DNA of 64,000 nt from Eledone cirrhosa (GCA_964016885.1 OZ024758.1:2604001-2668000); one strand, 5' to 3'. Positions 13,072 to 28,738 are shown, counted from the stretch's first letter. Made by a program: numbers and translations. The notes: generated by a model from the letters alone, not told the origin.

Positions 13072-13101
13072 TTCAAAGTTATTCAAAGTTATTCAAAGTT
13101 A
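13072..13101 (+). repeat. LINE 3' terminal repeat (TTCAAAGTTA)3
   Basis: Three exact 10-mers after the short 3'UTR; short tandem tails are typical of CR1/L2 clades. Confidence 0.9.
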
Positions 13102-13222
13102 TATACATATATACATATATATATATATGTATGTATATATATATACATATATATACATATATATATATATATACATATATATACATATATATATATATAT
13201 ACATATATATATAAATATATAC

Positions 13223-13271
<49 letters not shown>

Positions 13272-13290
13272 CATATATATACATATATAC

Positions 13291-13327
<37 letters not shown>

Positions 13328-14308
13328 GATACACACATATATATATATATATATATAGATACACACATATATATATATATATATATAGATACACACATAT
13401 ATATATATACACACACACACATGCAAATATATATATATACATATATATTGATATATTATTGTATATTGATACACGTACCTATAAAATGCAATTGTAAACA
13501 TATTCTTACAAATAAGGGGAGGGAAGAGAAGACAGTAAGATGGCGAAGGTGGTAGGGGAAGATGAATATAAGAGATGAGCATAGTAAAAATGCCGAGAGA
13601 TTTCCTATCATAATAAACAGCAGATTATATTCTCATCTCCTATTACTGGTATATTCATGAAGTTCATTAGGCATCTTGATCGATATTAATATTTTAAGCA
13701 TTCAATCCTTCCCAAAGTATTTCTCTAGCTCTATTCAATTTTCATTTGATTTCTAAATTTCTGGTTGTGTTATTTTTTCTGTATATCTAAATATGGAAGA
13801 GAAATTCTTAAATGAAACATTATATTTGGGAAGTAGATTAAATGTATATATCAGCTTTAATTTATCTAGTTTCTATGCCATATTCTTCGCCCATGTTACT
13901 TTCCTTTTACACAGAATTCTTGTTTCTGCAATTATACATATTTCTAAGTAATATCCAGTTTTGTTTTTGTTACAAAGTAGTGAAAATCGAGAGTAAGAAT
14001 TGTGGTTTTGTAGTTGTTGTTACTGTTGTTGTCACCTTTGTGATTTCTGTTGTTGTTGTTCCACTACTAGGTCAGCAGTAATTGACAAATTCTAGGAACG
14101 ATCAAAGTTGTTCTAGACCTAACCAACCCGTCATTGATTTGTGACCCTGGAATTCACCTTCTTTTAACAAGAGACTGCATTGTAGAATTTGGTGTTCCTG
14201 TCTTAAATGGGTTTGATTCACAGATCTAGCTTATTCAACTCCCATAGACAATTAATACTATTAAGAAAAGCATGAACATTTCAACTTTTCTTTTTCCAGT
14301 ACTTGTGT

Positions 14309-14523
14309 TTAAGCCTTTAGCTTTTAAACCGGCCATATCCAGCTAGAATTCTCTCACCTCTTTCTTTTCAAACTGGCTGTAACTGGCCACTCATAGTAAT
14401 GTAAGGTATTGTTCTCAAAATACATAATATCAAAAGCTCATAGATTAGATATTATGTGAGATAAAGCCTTTACCATGAAAATACAATAGTAAATATAGAG
14501 TAATGTAAAGGGTAAAGGGTTAA
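14309..14523 (-). mobile_element. piggyBac-type MITE (TTAA-flanked)
   Basis: TTAA-GCCTTT...AAAGGG-TTAA; internally the reverse complement of the element at 36265. Confidence 0.7.
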
Positions 14524-15588
14524 GAAAAAAAGGCATATCATATATTGTATTTTAATATATTAAAATTGAATTCTGGTTGTAGCCGTGAAGGTAGGAACCC
14601 TGACGGATGAACCATCTTCCATTAGGCTGTTACTCATCTGGAATACCACATTCTGGGATACTTTCTCCGGTGCTAACCTTATCCCTTCTCTTATAAACCA
14701 AGACACTGGTACCCTCTAAGTAGAGGAGCGGAATATAATGAAATAATAGTCCTTAACAGAAAGATTTTATTTCATGGCGGTTACTGCTGAGAAAAGTCCT
14801 GTGTGTTCGGTCATCGGACTACCACTTTCCTTTACCAAATCGGGATAAGGGCATTAAAGGCTCGAGGAAGGAGCCCTGGAGGTGGAATGGATGATACAGC
14901 GGATATTACTGGCTGTTCTTTATGACAACGTGTTTTTGATATCTTCTCCGAAGGTCGTAGCTGACATAAGTTGTTAAAATTGGATTTGGCATGGGATTTT
15001 TAATTTATTTTGCTTTTGTAAAATAAATTAAATTACCCTTCACGTAATATTTTGAGGGCTATAGAGACCGAGAAAAATAAGTGAGGTCCCAAATCATCGT
15101 AATTGATATCATCCAAGGGAACGATGGCTGACTTATTAGGGCCATTGCTCAATAACAGGTGAAGTCCATCCGGTGAATCTCTGCAGAGATTCTAATTACA
15201 TATTTTCACGCTTAAGGCTTAGATCAAACCAAGGCATTAGAAGAAAATACTTGCTCAACATGCTGTGCAGTAGGATCTAACGTAGACACAACGGTACAGA
15301 TAAACTGCACAACTATACATGTGTACATTGCTGGAGGGTAAATCTTTGTCAAACATTCCAACAATGTTACTCTAACAATGTTACTCAATTGAACATTATG
15401 TACATCTGTCTAAGATGTAAAACTTTGAGATTTGAACGTAATTTCGTTGGAAGAGAGCACCCATAAAAACGTGTACGTCAGCAGTATTTCGAATATTGCA
15501 TACACACTTGTTTTATCGGTGTATGTATAAAAGTTTTATGTCAGTGACGAATATGTATAGATGTATCTCACAGTGCCACTTACTTTTA

Positions 15589-15637
<49 letters not shown>

Positions 15638-15654
15638 CATATATATATATACAC

Positions 15655-15688
<34 letters not shown>

Positions 15689-15706
15689 CCATATATATAT
15701 ATACAC

Positions 15707-15746
<40 letters not shown>

Positions 15747-16605
15747 CCATATATATATATATACACCCATATATATATATATATACACCCATATATATAT
15801 ATACACCCATATATATATATATATATAAGTAGATAGATACATACAGATAAATACATACATACATATATATATATAAATACATACACACACACACATATAT
15901 ATATATATATACATGTATAGATACTTACATACAACCATACATATATAGATACATACGTGCAAACATATATATATATACATACACACATACACGCACACAT
16001 ACATAGATACATACATACATAGATACATAGATACATACATGCATACAAACTTACATAATACATATATATACATACACACATACATACACACAAAATTACA
16101 TACATATATATACATCCATCCATCCATGCATACATATATACATACATATTTTCTGTATTTTTTCCGATGGTGAATGGACACACACACGCACATCTATATA
16201 TGCTCGAGGATAAAATTATCTTCCATTATTTTCAAAAGAATGAATAACAAAACAAACAAAACAAACAAATACATAAAAAATAAAAATAAAAACAAAATAG
16301 CATGGAGGGTTGTTTTTTTCTTCTTTTCATTTTCAAAGAGATATCGATTTTCATTTATCATTTCTCTTTTCCTTTCTTCGAGAAGCTCAGAAGAAAGACA
16401 TGCTATAGATGGAACATGGTATATGTAACACATTTTACACTAAGGATAGTGATTACTGCAGAATAGCAGATTCTTTTATGTTGAAAATATTATTACAGAA
16501 ATTCGTGACATTTTACAAATATATTGTTCAGGATCGATAAGATTGAAATAAAAGAAGGTATCTGATTAGTTTTACTTATTGATAAAGGTTGGCCAATAGT
16601 CTATG

Positions 16606-16808
<203 letters not shown>

Positions 16809-16949
16809 AGAGAAGGAAAACTCTGATATAACACCTGCAACCCTGATGGTATCCAATGATGTTGACGTGTTCTTCTTTTTGGTAAATATCATCTTGGTTA
16901 AGAGAGTGGGACTGGCTTTGTGCAGTGCCTTTGCTCACTATAAAAGCTT

Positions 16950-17176
16950 CACAGCACAGGCATTGCTTTATATCTGGAGATCTCTCTGCACTTGTCATCA
17001 CATGGTACCATGGGCCCTGCACTATGTGTCAATAATGGTCACGAGTGTAGTCTTTGTGCCAGAGTTTTCAAGTCGCTGGCTGGACTAAAAAGTCACATTC
17101 GTTCAGCGCATCGGTAGGGGTTCTCCTACATGGATATAAAGTAGTGGCCGTACTCGAAAACGAGTTGGCAGCCACC

Positions 17177-17177
<1 letters not shown>
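16950..17177 (+). mobile_element. 3' end of an RTE-type LINE
   Basis: 17046-17117 encodes C2H2 finger [23 protein letters not shown], then hairpin ACTCG-AAAA-CGAGT (17152-17165) and a TA-based tail. Confidence 0.7.
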
Positions 17178-17259
<82 letters not shown>

Positions 17260-17275
17260 CGTATATATATATACG

Positions 17276-17343
<68 letters not shown>

Positions 17344-17391
17344 CGTATATATATATACGTATATATATATATATACGTATATATACATACG

Positions 17392-17422
<31 letters not shown>

Positions 17423-17738
17423 GTATAGTTTTGCGAGGTTTTTTATATGAAATCGTGTGTCGAAACAGATATTGTTATATTTGGGGAGGGTCATATTTGC
17501 GTAATATTGCCAGAATTAATAACAGAACACACTCACTGTTTGGTTGGTTTTCGCTTCTCGCTGTCTTTTATATATATATATCTGCGATCTAACTTACTCG
17601 GTCCTCAATGTTGCCATTGACTGACCGGCGGTCAAAAATAATACAGATACAATATAGACAAACACATATATATATAGTTTACATAAATCTTTCGTTGCAC
17701 ATCTGCAACATCGTCAGTGGTGTTATATTCATTGTTCC

Positions 17739-18138
17739 AATAGGAAATGTATCATATGTAAGGTGAACCCCCGGATAAACTGTAAAACTAGAAACGTAGT
17801 CTATAGCATAAGATGTACAGAGGGTACTTGCAGAAACACGACAACAACATACATAGGTGAGACAGCTCGTAGCATAGGTGAAAGGATAGACCAACACTGG
17901 GGGGAACTAAAAGGACGAAAAAAACGGGTCAGTACTATACGAACATGCTAGACAACACCATGACGGTAACATAGACAACATAGAAATTAGAATAATATCT
18001 AAACATAGGAATGACCCAGCAGATAGGCAAATCAGAGAGGCCAGTGAAATAGAAATTAGAAGACCAAAGCTAAACAGAAAGAATGAGTGGAACAACAACA
18101 ACACCCAAACAAACAACACTGACCTAAGAGAAGTATAA
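17739..18138 (+). pseudogene. Penelope GIY-YIG endonuclease domain fragment, one frameshift
   Basis: NRKCIIC...NCKTRNVVYSIRC...YIGETARSIGERIDQH; after removing one A from the A7 run (17918-17924) it continues GSVLYEHARQHH...RQIREASEI..RPKLNRKNEW...EV*. Confidence 0.88.
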
Positions 18139-18400
18139 ATAAATAAGTAAAGTAAATTAAATAAAATAAGATAAATAAATACATACACAAGCACATAAAC
18201 ACACACTAGTCACCCAGCAGACAACACTATACACACTAGTCACACATCACACATAACACTATACACACACGCAAACGCATGCGCAAAGAAGACAAAATAA
18301 AATAAGATAAACAAACAAGCAAATAAATAAATAAATATATAGACAGACTGAACAAAAAAAATGGCGTAGACATACAACACAACAGGAGGAACAATGAATA

Positions 18401-18446
18401 TAACACCACTGACGATGTTGCAGATGTGCAACGAAAGATTTATGTA
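18401..18446 (+). ncRNA. Minimal type I hammerhead motif in Penelope pLTR (mirror copy on - strand at ~17680-17725)
   Basis: CTGACGA-T-GTTGCA-GATG-TGCAAC-GAAA-GATT-TA; stem I is imperfect. Confidence 0.7.
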
Positions 18447-18657
18447 AACTATATATATATGTGTTTGTCTATATTGTATCTGTATTATTTTTGACCGCCG
18501 GTCAGTCAATGGCAACATTGAGGACCGAGTAAGTTAGATCGCAGATATATATATATAAAAGACAGCGAGAAGCGAAAACCAACCAAACAGTGAGTGTGTT
18601 CTGTTATTAATTCTGGCAATATTACGCAAATATGACCCTCCCCAAATATAACAATAT

Positions 18658-20022
<1,365 letters not shown>

Positions 20023-20849
20023 AAGAAATTTTTTAAATTTCCCGGCCTAAAAAATGAGATATGTTGAAAAATAATATTTATTTCGAATCCACTTGAATCT
20101 CATCGTAAAAGCACGACATGTTTTTATTGTATTTTTACTGCAAATGCTCAGCTTAGATTTCAGATTTGAAATTAGAAAATAGTAACTGAAAACCAAATGG
20201 AGGCTGTATATGATATGGAAACCTGATTTCCATGGAACTAAAATTGTCTTCCTTTCAGTAGCTGATGTATAAACCAGTGTATGTTTGTGAAGGATGCACA
20301 CCTCTAAGATTATGTGATGTAATGGAACTCCGTAATTGCTCTAGCAAAGATGCAGAATATGCAGTTTTAACTGCATTGGTCTGTGTCTCGATGAAATAAA
20401 TGTGTAACCTTTTCTCATATTCACCATACGGGGTTACCGTGATGTTTTTGAGTGTGAACGAGGCCCTAAACTTTCTACAGAAGGTCACCTGAGCTATGTC
20501 TTTGCATATATTCATTTGGTGCAAATATTGTGCCCCACGCCCTATGATTCTGCTAAGCCACCACCTTTATGGTAATAATACTAATAATAACAACAACAAA
20601 AATAATAAAAATGGTTTCTTTATTGGCCACACGGGCTAACATGAAGAAAAGCATTACGAATCACACAGAACGGTACATGACGGTACAAAGTGGCTTTTGG
20701 CCGTGTAAAAAGGTTATAACAAGAAAATAGAATGTGTAAAAACAAATTAAAAAATTCAAACAAAAATCCCCTGATAAGGGGGAAACCTCCGAGAGTCACT
20801 CGTGGCGAAAACCATACAAAAAAAAAAAATAATAATAATGATGATGCCT

Positions 20850-21048
20850 TCTACAATAAGCAAAAGGCCAGCAATTTGGGGAGAGAAGAAAGTCGATTAA
20901 ATTGACCCCAGTGCATTACTAGTACTTTATTTTATCGGCACTGTAAGGATGAAAGGCAATGTTAACCTCGGCGGGATTTGAACTCAGATAAAAAAGGGCC
21001 GTAACTCAATGCTGCAAAGCATGGGGACCGACCCTCTACCGATACTGC
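20850..21048 (-). mobile_element. tRNA-derived SINE (long-tail variant)
   Basis: Reverse complement of the SINE core and head. Confidence 0.85.
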
Positions 21049-21586
21049 CTAAAATAATAACTAATAAGATGAACGAAAAGAGGCAATAGCAATGAAAGCC
21101 GGACAGACGTGCATGATGCACACACTACACCCTGCAGATAGATAGTTAGATAGAGATAGAGAGAAAGAGGGAGAGAATTTGACAAATGAATTAATTAGTC
21201 GATTAACCAAATGATTGATGGATTATGTACTTAATTAATAATAAAGCTAAAGTGTAACACAACCGGTGCGCCTGTTTTGATTGGCAGCAAAATGACCCTC
21301 CCAGAATATAATATTTATATCAACGCACCACTTCACATCAAGAAGCTCGCAAAACAAAAATAAATTAAAAACCAACATTAATTCTGTTTAATTGCCATAG
21401 TAACACACCCACTCTCACAACATGCTACTGACTCATTATTTAAACTTATCCCCCCTTTAATTTGTTTTTCTAATTACAATAACACTTATATTTACATATC
21501 AATCTTCCTGCCAACTCTCGCATAATCCCACGCCAACTCAGATATAATTACTGCCTTCAAATAAAAGCAAATAGAAGCAAATAAAC

Positions 21587-21621
<35 letters not shown>

Positions 21622-21717
21622 CACACACACACACACACATATATATAGATAAATATATATATATATATATAAAATATATATATATATATAAAATATATAA
21701 AATATATATATATATAT

Positions 21718-21751
<34 letters not shown>

Positions 21752-22346
21752 AAATATATATATATATATATATATACAAAATATATATATATATATATAC
21801 ACATACACACACACATATATAGAGATAAATATATATATATATAAAATATATATATATAAATAAATATATATATATATATATATATACATACATGTGTTTA
21901 ATGTATTTATATAATATATACCAGAAATATTAACAGTATTGAGTATATTTTCCATATTTCATTTATTCCAACAGATACCACTGTGCGACCATACCATATG
22001 TATGTATATACACGTATATATATACACATACACACATATATATATATATATATGTATACATATATATGCACACATAGGTATGTCTATTTGCTCTTCACAT
22101 TTATAATTATATATATATATATAGTTTCCAAAGAAAGCCCGCAGAGTTAAGTCTTTAGAATATGATTCAAATTAGGGGACGCGTGCCCCTAATTTAAAAT
22201 ATATATAGTGTAACGTAGGGGTTCCTAACCTTTTATGCACCATCGCCCACTTTCACATGGAAACATTTTCCACGGCCCACCGTGTATAGTAAATATTCAA
22301 AAGTGTACCAAATATATTTGGTAAAATTTGTTAACTGACTTTTAAT

Positions 22347-22533
22347 AATTGTTTCTACTTTTGGCACAAGGCCAGCAATTATATCAGTACATTACTGGTA
22401 CTTTATTTTATCGACCACGTAAGCATGAAAGGCAAAGTTAACCTCGGCGGGATTTGAACTCAGATCGTAAAAGGACGTAACTCTATGCTGCAATGCATGG
22501 TGTCCGACCCTCTACCGATACTGCCAATCCACC
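22347..22533 (-). mobile_element. tRNA-derived SINE
   Basis: Full reverse-complement copy; GACTTTTA(A)TAAT-like direct flanks. Confidence 0.9.
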
Positions 22534-22960
22534 GACTTTTATAATGTAGTTAAAAATACCAAAAGGTGTTAACAAATAAAGCTGGTGCTGGTACTACTAC
22601 TACTACTACTACTACTACTACAAGCAAACTTGACTCTTTAAAACTGTATTTTATTAAATTTAATTGTGATATAATTTAGTTTTAGGAGTAGCGTGTTAAG
22701 TGAAAAAAAAAAAAATTAAACAATTTTTGTTCATAATTATAAAATTAAAATTACTTTTAGCAGCTAATAAAACTTCAGAGAATATTTATTATTATTTTGT
22801 TTGTTATGTTTAATAGTTTTTCAATTATATTTTACTTTATCACCTACCAAATACCTAACCACTGTTGAAATAACTGTTGAATAACTCACTAGATGTTAAA
22901 AACTGTGTACAACTATAGTAAGTACCGGTCGTTCTCCGACAGGTTCGTGGTCGTGCCCTT

Positions 22961-23195
22961 GGCAGTGGAGACTTCTGGTGTCCTTGGCCCTAGCGCCACC
23001 TGCCTACTCACCACCATAGGCGCTGAGCTGGCTAGCCCTAGCAGTGGTGACTTCTGGTGTCCTTGGCCCTAGGGCTACCTCCCTACTCACCACCATAGGC
23101 GCTGAGCTGGCTAGCCCTAGCAGGGGAGACTTCTGGTGTCTTTGGCCCTAGGGCTATCTCCCTTCTCACCACCATAGGCGCTGAGTTGGTTAGCC
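22961..23195. repeat. GC-rich ~79-bp tandem repeat x3
   Basis: GCAG.GG.GACTTCTGGTGTC.TTGGCCCTAG...CACCACCATAGGCGCTGAG three times. Confidence 0.9.
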
Positions 23196-24934
23196 GCAGA
23201 TGTGAGTCTCGCGAATTGGAATGGCTCTTCTAGCCCTTACCATCCTCCGGGGAAACGCCTTCACTATTCTGTCCGCCGGGGCTGTGGGGAGGCCAGCACG
23301 TGTGACCCCATTTGTTCATCATACGGAAAGATGGGGAGGGTGAGAGAGATGGAGGTGATGACAGTGGGAGTTCGGCTGTTCTTTCATGTTTACTTAGATT
23401 ACTATTTTCTATTGTATATTGTTGTGAGCAATGTTGTTGAGACTTTAGTGTGACGTTTTAAGATCGAGTGAGCGAGAGTGTGGAACATCCATTAAAGAGA
23501 AAACTGAAGTTAATTCATGAGAAGATCCTATTTTCGAACCACAGGTGCGAAAATGAAATAGCGATTAATATTTCCTCAACAAATCAATGAATAAATAACT
23601 TCTCTAAAACTATATTATAAAATAATTAAATTTATTAAAATACAGTTTTCAATTATTATGGCTTTTAAAGCTTTCAAAATCTACTAAAATCGACTCAAAA
23701 TAATGTTTTTATGTACGGAAGACGTAAACAGAAAAAAATAAATAAAACTTTCCGTGCATAAAAATATTACTACGAGAAGATTTAAGTTGATTTTGAATGC
23801 TTTAAATGGGTGTCGGAAAAGTAAATAAAGCCGCTTCAAGAGTTTTACGTTTATTCAGGCTGTTAAAGGAAATGAAAAAGAAGCAACTTAAAAAAATATA
23901 TTAAGCTGAACGTAGTCATTAAAATTCATTTCATTAGATATTTTAAATTGGTGAGGAAAAAGGGAATAAATAGGACTGTGCCCCAGCTACCCAACTTATC
24001 ACTCCGAATAAGGACATTCACGAAAGACAACAAAGGATAATAGGTACATTGTATTTTCATTGCTTTGCCGCGCTTATTTCTTTTTATTTCACACTCACTC
24101 AGAATTCCAATCGTTGCTCTCTTGGCTAAGTTGTGCCAAAAGCTTTTAATACTTATAACATTTTCTTGATAGGTAAATTATATTTTGACGGGCAATTTTT
24201 CTTGCCTTGACAAACACGAGATGACCGTGTGATAAAAAAGAAAGGGAAAACAATTTTATATTAAAGTAAAACGAAAAGAAATAACAGATCTCATGAAAGA
24301 ACAGCAGAAAGAAGCTGTGCCAAATGTTTTTATAATGATGGGCAAAAAACGTTGGAAAAAAACAAAGAAACATGTTTTTATTAATTAAAAAATGAAAAGA
24401 AATAAGAGAATTTATGAAAGAAAAACAAAGGTTGTGTCAAGGGGTTTTAATAAAATCTTATAACATTTCCCGAAAAGTATATGATGGGCAAATTATATTG
24501 TGATGGGCACTTTTCCTACTTTGATAAATTCGAGTTGGACAGTTTTCCAGATAGGCAATTTTCCAGCCAATAAAAAGGTATAACCGCCATAAAATTCAGT
24601 TTACAAACCAGTAACAAACAGTTACCAATTTTCTAAAACACTTACAAACAATAAAAGTGAATAATTTTTGCATTACAGGATTCTTTATTGAAAGTAATTT
24701 AAAAATAATAACATAAAATATTTTGGCACACATACATACCATTTTATATATCAGCAATGTGACCCTTGTATCATATTTAACCGTAAGTCACCTCACTTGT
24801 TTATACCCAGCCTACTTCTACTTCAGATAATCAGGTATTCACGTGGCTGTAGTCAGTTTCTACCAAGTTGGGAAGGTAAGCAAAATTATATTGGGATAAG
24901 TCTAAAGTCTAATGTCTGCCTTAAGCCTCATTTG

Positions 24935-25058
24935 GCCGGTGCTTATCCCGGTTACATGGCGTGAAGTGACTGAGACTACAAGACCCCCCACCCTGAACAG
25001 GACGTCAGTCCATCGCAGGGTTAAACCTCAAGCTATATCTGGTGCTCATTTTCAGCTT
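24935..25058 (-). mobile_element. Fragment of a second, older SINE family
   Basis: GCCGGTGCTTATCCCGG...CCCTGAACAGGACGTCAGTCCATCGCAGGGTT resembles widespread metazoan SINE bodies (from memory). Confidence 0.45.
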
Positions 25059-25227
25059 AGTATATATAACTAATCCAGCAGGAATGAGTTGGGGCCCAGA
25101 ACCCAACGAATCTTGAGTACCTGTTTAAGTCACTGTTGTAATTATTCATACTAACCGTGTCCTATAGACCGTGTGCTCTTACCCTTGGATATTTCCACCT
25201 AACTATATATATATATTATTGTCGTTA

Positions 25228-25270
<43 letters not shown>

Positions 25271-25375
25271 TATCATTGCCATCATATATATATATATATA
25301 TATCATTGTCATTATATATATATATATATATATATATATCATTTATAAAAAAACATAAAAAAGTATAAGAAACCA

Positions 25376-25433
<58 letters not shown>

Positions 25434-26346
25434 CATTGTCATCTTAGTAATTCTATCAGTGCCACGTTCCTCTACTTTCTCCTCATACTTATCATCATTA
25501 TCCTCATCGTCATCATCGTCATCATCGCCATAAACACCATCAACCTCACCACCACCATCATCATCATCACCAGATCCCAAATGTAACCAGAATGTTCATG
25601 ATATAACTCAATAAACGTTATATGGCGTATCACTACTCTGCTTTAGGCTTTTTGGCAGTCTCTTAATACAATATGGATATAGATTAGGTTTTGATGCATG
25701 AACAAATTACTCTGGCAATCCACATCTCGAATACAACGGAAGAAAGATTTGTAGCATAACATTCAGCGTGGAATATTTAATTAACATGTATACAAACTAT
25801 TGAGATTTATGTTGTTTTAGCAGCGAGATAACTACAGCTAACAGGCGTTAGCAATATGGTTTCCACCATATCTCTGAAACTTCAGCAATGCCAACTCTGA
25901 TTGCTAAATTAGGGTTGTAAAATAGTTAACGGAAGGAATTGTAAAGACCTTATGTAGGCAGAATTAGCTTTAAATGTATCCGTTCTTCACATACGCACAT
26001 GTATATATTAAGAAAATACACACCGAAAATGATGTCACAGCATTATTAAATTCTAACCTATTGTCGTTTATGGATTCCATAGAAATACGAAAGCTTGATA
26101 TTTTTTCTCATGAATATTCTGACGATTGTTTTCAAATTAAAGGAAGTGGTTAAGTTGCGGTAAATCAAGTTGTGAGCAGGTCACACTGACATCGTTGCAA
26201 TCTTGCTGTATATCTAGAGTCTTCTAAATTATGGCTGTCGTTGTTTAGCCACAGCTTATCCATAATGGAGCAGACCTATGATCAACATAATTCCAGCCGT
26301 GGCCACCTCTTTTAAAGACGGTTGTATTTGATTATTTGATATAAAC

Positions 26347-26532
26347 GGCGAATTGCCAGAGTCGTTAGAAGTTCAGATAGAATGCTTTGCGGTATTCGTT
26401 TTAGCTCTCTGGTCTTTCAGCTAAAATCCCGCCGATGTCAACTTTGCCTTTCATCCTTACGGGGTCGATAAAATAAAAGTACCAGTAATACACTGGGATA
26501 ATTGTTGGCCTTGTGCCAAAAGTAGAAAAAAT
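26347..26532 (+). mobile_element. tRNA-derived SINE (variant-B head, standard tail)
   Basis: Core and tail match the other copies. Confidence 0.85.
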
Positions 26533-27154
26533 TATCACACACACACACACACACACACACGCGCCAGAGAAAGAAGCATAAAAATAAACATGTTAGCATT
26601 TTGTTGATATTCTCTTCTAAACTGTTGATTTGTGTTCTCATATACTCGATGCCTGATACTTCCTTAAAGCCATACTATAACTATAACCAGAAAGAAATAA
26701 AGAACAGAAAACAAGAACAGAATAAAAGTCAAGATTATTTCCCTAGATTCTCTGTTGGTATGTTTACATTGATATAATAGTTCTCCATTTATGATCAAAT
26801 CCGAACCGTTTCTATGATTAGTCTTTTTCTCAAAGCGAATCAATGAAAATTGTCTCAATGGAAAATATAAGGAAAAGTGAAGTGATCTTTCAAATATATT
26901 CTTCGAGAGATTTGTGTAAAACAAATATTGGAGAGAGTGTATGGCTGTATAATTATGTTTGGGAAAATAAATGTCTAAAAGTTATTCTGGATATGTTTGC
27001 GATCAGAGATTCCAAAAGAGAAAATCTAAGTTGAAAACATTATTTTTGTTTCATACAAGTATACACGAGATTTAAAAATATCTAGCTATTTCAGAATGTT
27101 TACCTCTTAGAAATAAGTATATTTGAAACGACACACACACACACACAAACACAA

Positions 27155-27214
<60 letters not shown>

Positions 27215-27399
27215 GCGCGCACATTAATATATATATATATATATCTACATATATATACATATATATACAAATATATATAAGTATATACATATATACTTAC
27301 GTATATATATATATATAATACATATATAAATATACATATATATAATACATATATAAATATACATATACTCATAAAATACCATTATATATATTATATATA

Positions 27400-27452
27400 T
27401 ACACATATATATACACATATATATACACATATATATACACATATATATACAC

Positions 27453-27485
<33 letters not shown>

Positions 27486-28134
27486 CATATATATATACAT
27501 ATATATATACATATATATACATATATATATACATATATATATACATATATATACATATATATATACATATATATACATATATATATACATATATATACAT
27601 ATATATACATATATATATACATATATATACATATATATACATATATATATACATATATATACATATATATACATATATATACATATATATACATATATAT
27701 ACATACATATACATATATATACATACATATACATATATATACATACATATACATACATATATATACATATATATACATATACATACATATACATACATAT
27801 ATATACATACATATACATACATATATATACATACATATACATACATATATATACATATATATACATACATATATATACATATATATACATACATATATAT
27901 ACATATATATACATATATATATACATACATATATATATATATACATATATATATACATACATATATATATATATACATACATATATATATATATACATAT
28001 ATATATATACACATATATATATATACACATATATATACATATATATACATACATATATATATACATATATATACATATATATACATACATATATATATAC
28101 ATATATATATATACATATACATATATATACATAC

Positions 28135-28165
<31 letters not shown>

Positions 28166-28217
28166 CATATATATACACATATATATATATATATATACAT
28201 ATATATACATATATATA
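27400..28217. repeat. (TATATACA)n-type compound microsatellite
   Basis: Directly visible. Confidence 0.9.
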
Positions 28218-28673
28218 ATGGTATTTTACATTAGAAATATATCGATGGTATTGGAGAAGTAAATCTAGAACTATCTTAGATAGTTTAAGATATTTAGTTT
28301 CATAACATACCTTTTTTTCAATTTAAGTAGCTATCGCTGTCAATTTTATTTCTTATTCTCGAGGCTATAGAAAATAGAAACTCGTAGTAAAAGGGCTAAA
28401 GGAATGGCTACGTGGTTAATAGATATTCCTTGCAACCACTTGGTCACGGATATGGTATTACTGTCTTGGACCTTATGTAGTAATAATTTATCATAATTTA
28501 TCATATCAGTAATATCAGCAATACCATGTGTAAGGTACTCGGTAGACAGAAACTGCACGGAAGCCCGTTGTATATGAGTATATATATATACCAATATAAA
28601 ATTATATATATCAAAAATTCTTCTAATATCTCCACTCACCGAAGACTATATTTTTCATGGTGTCACACTTGCT

Positions 28674-28706
<33 letters not shown>

Positions 28707-28707
28707 T

Positions 28708-28738
<31 letters not shown>

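Larger units (their letters stand above)
8096..13101 (+). mobile_element. Apparently full-length CR1-group LINE (non-LTR retrotransposon)
   Basis: ~725-bp 5'UTR, ORF1, uninterrupted APE+RT ORF2, ~70-bp 3'UTR ending in (TTCAAAGTTA)3; TA/CA microsatellite on both sides; the 5' boundary is inferred from where the microsatellite ends. Confidence 0.92.
17469..18657 (+). mobile_element. 5'-truncated Penelope-like element with inverted pseudo-LTRs
   Basis: 270-bp inverted repeats (17469-17738 / 18388-18657), with no mismatch found by eye, enclosing a GIY-YIG coding fragment; hammerhead in each arm. Confidence 0.9.

Noticed and set aside
10029-13086. Short antisense and alternate-frame ORFs within ORF2
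   Set aside because: Shadow ORFs of the RT frame with no recognisable motifs
14580-15200. Non-repetitive stretch that may be an eroded retroelement (also 20050-20560 and 39700-40500)
   Set aside because: No long ORF in the track and no diagnostic motif recognised
22217-22282. hAT-like left terminus AGGGGTTCCTAACCTTTT
   Set aside because: No matching right TIR or TSD found by eye
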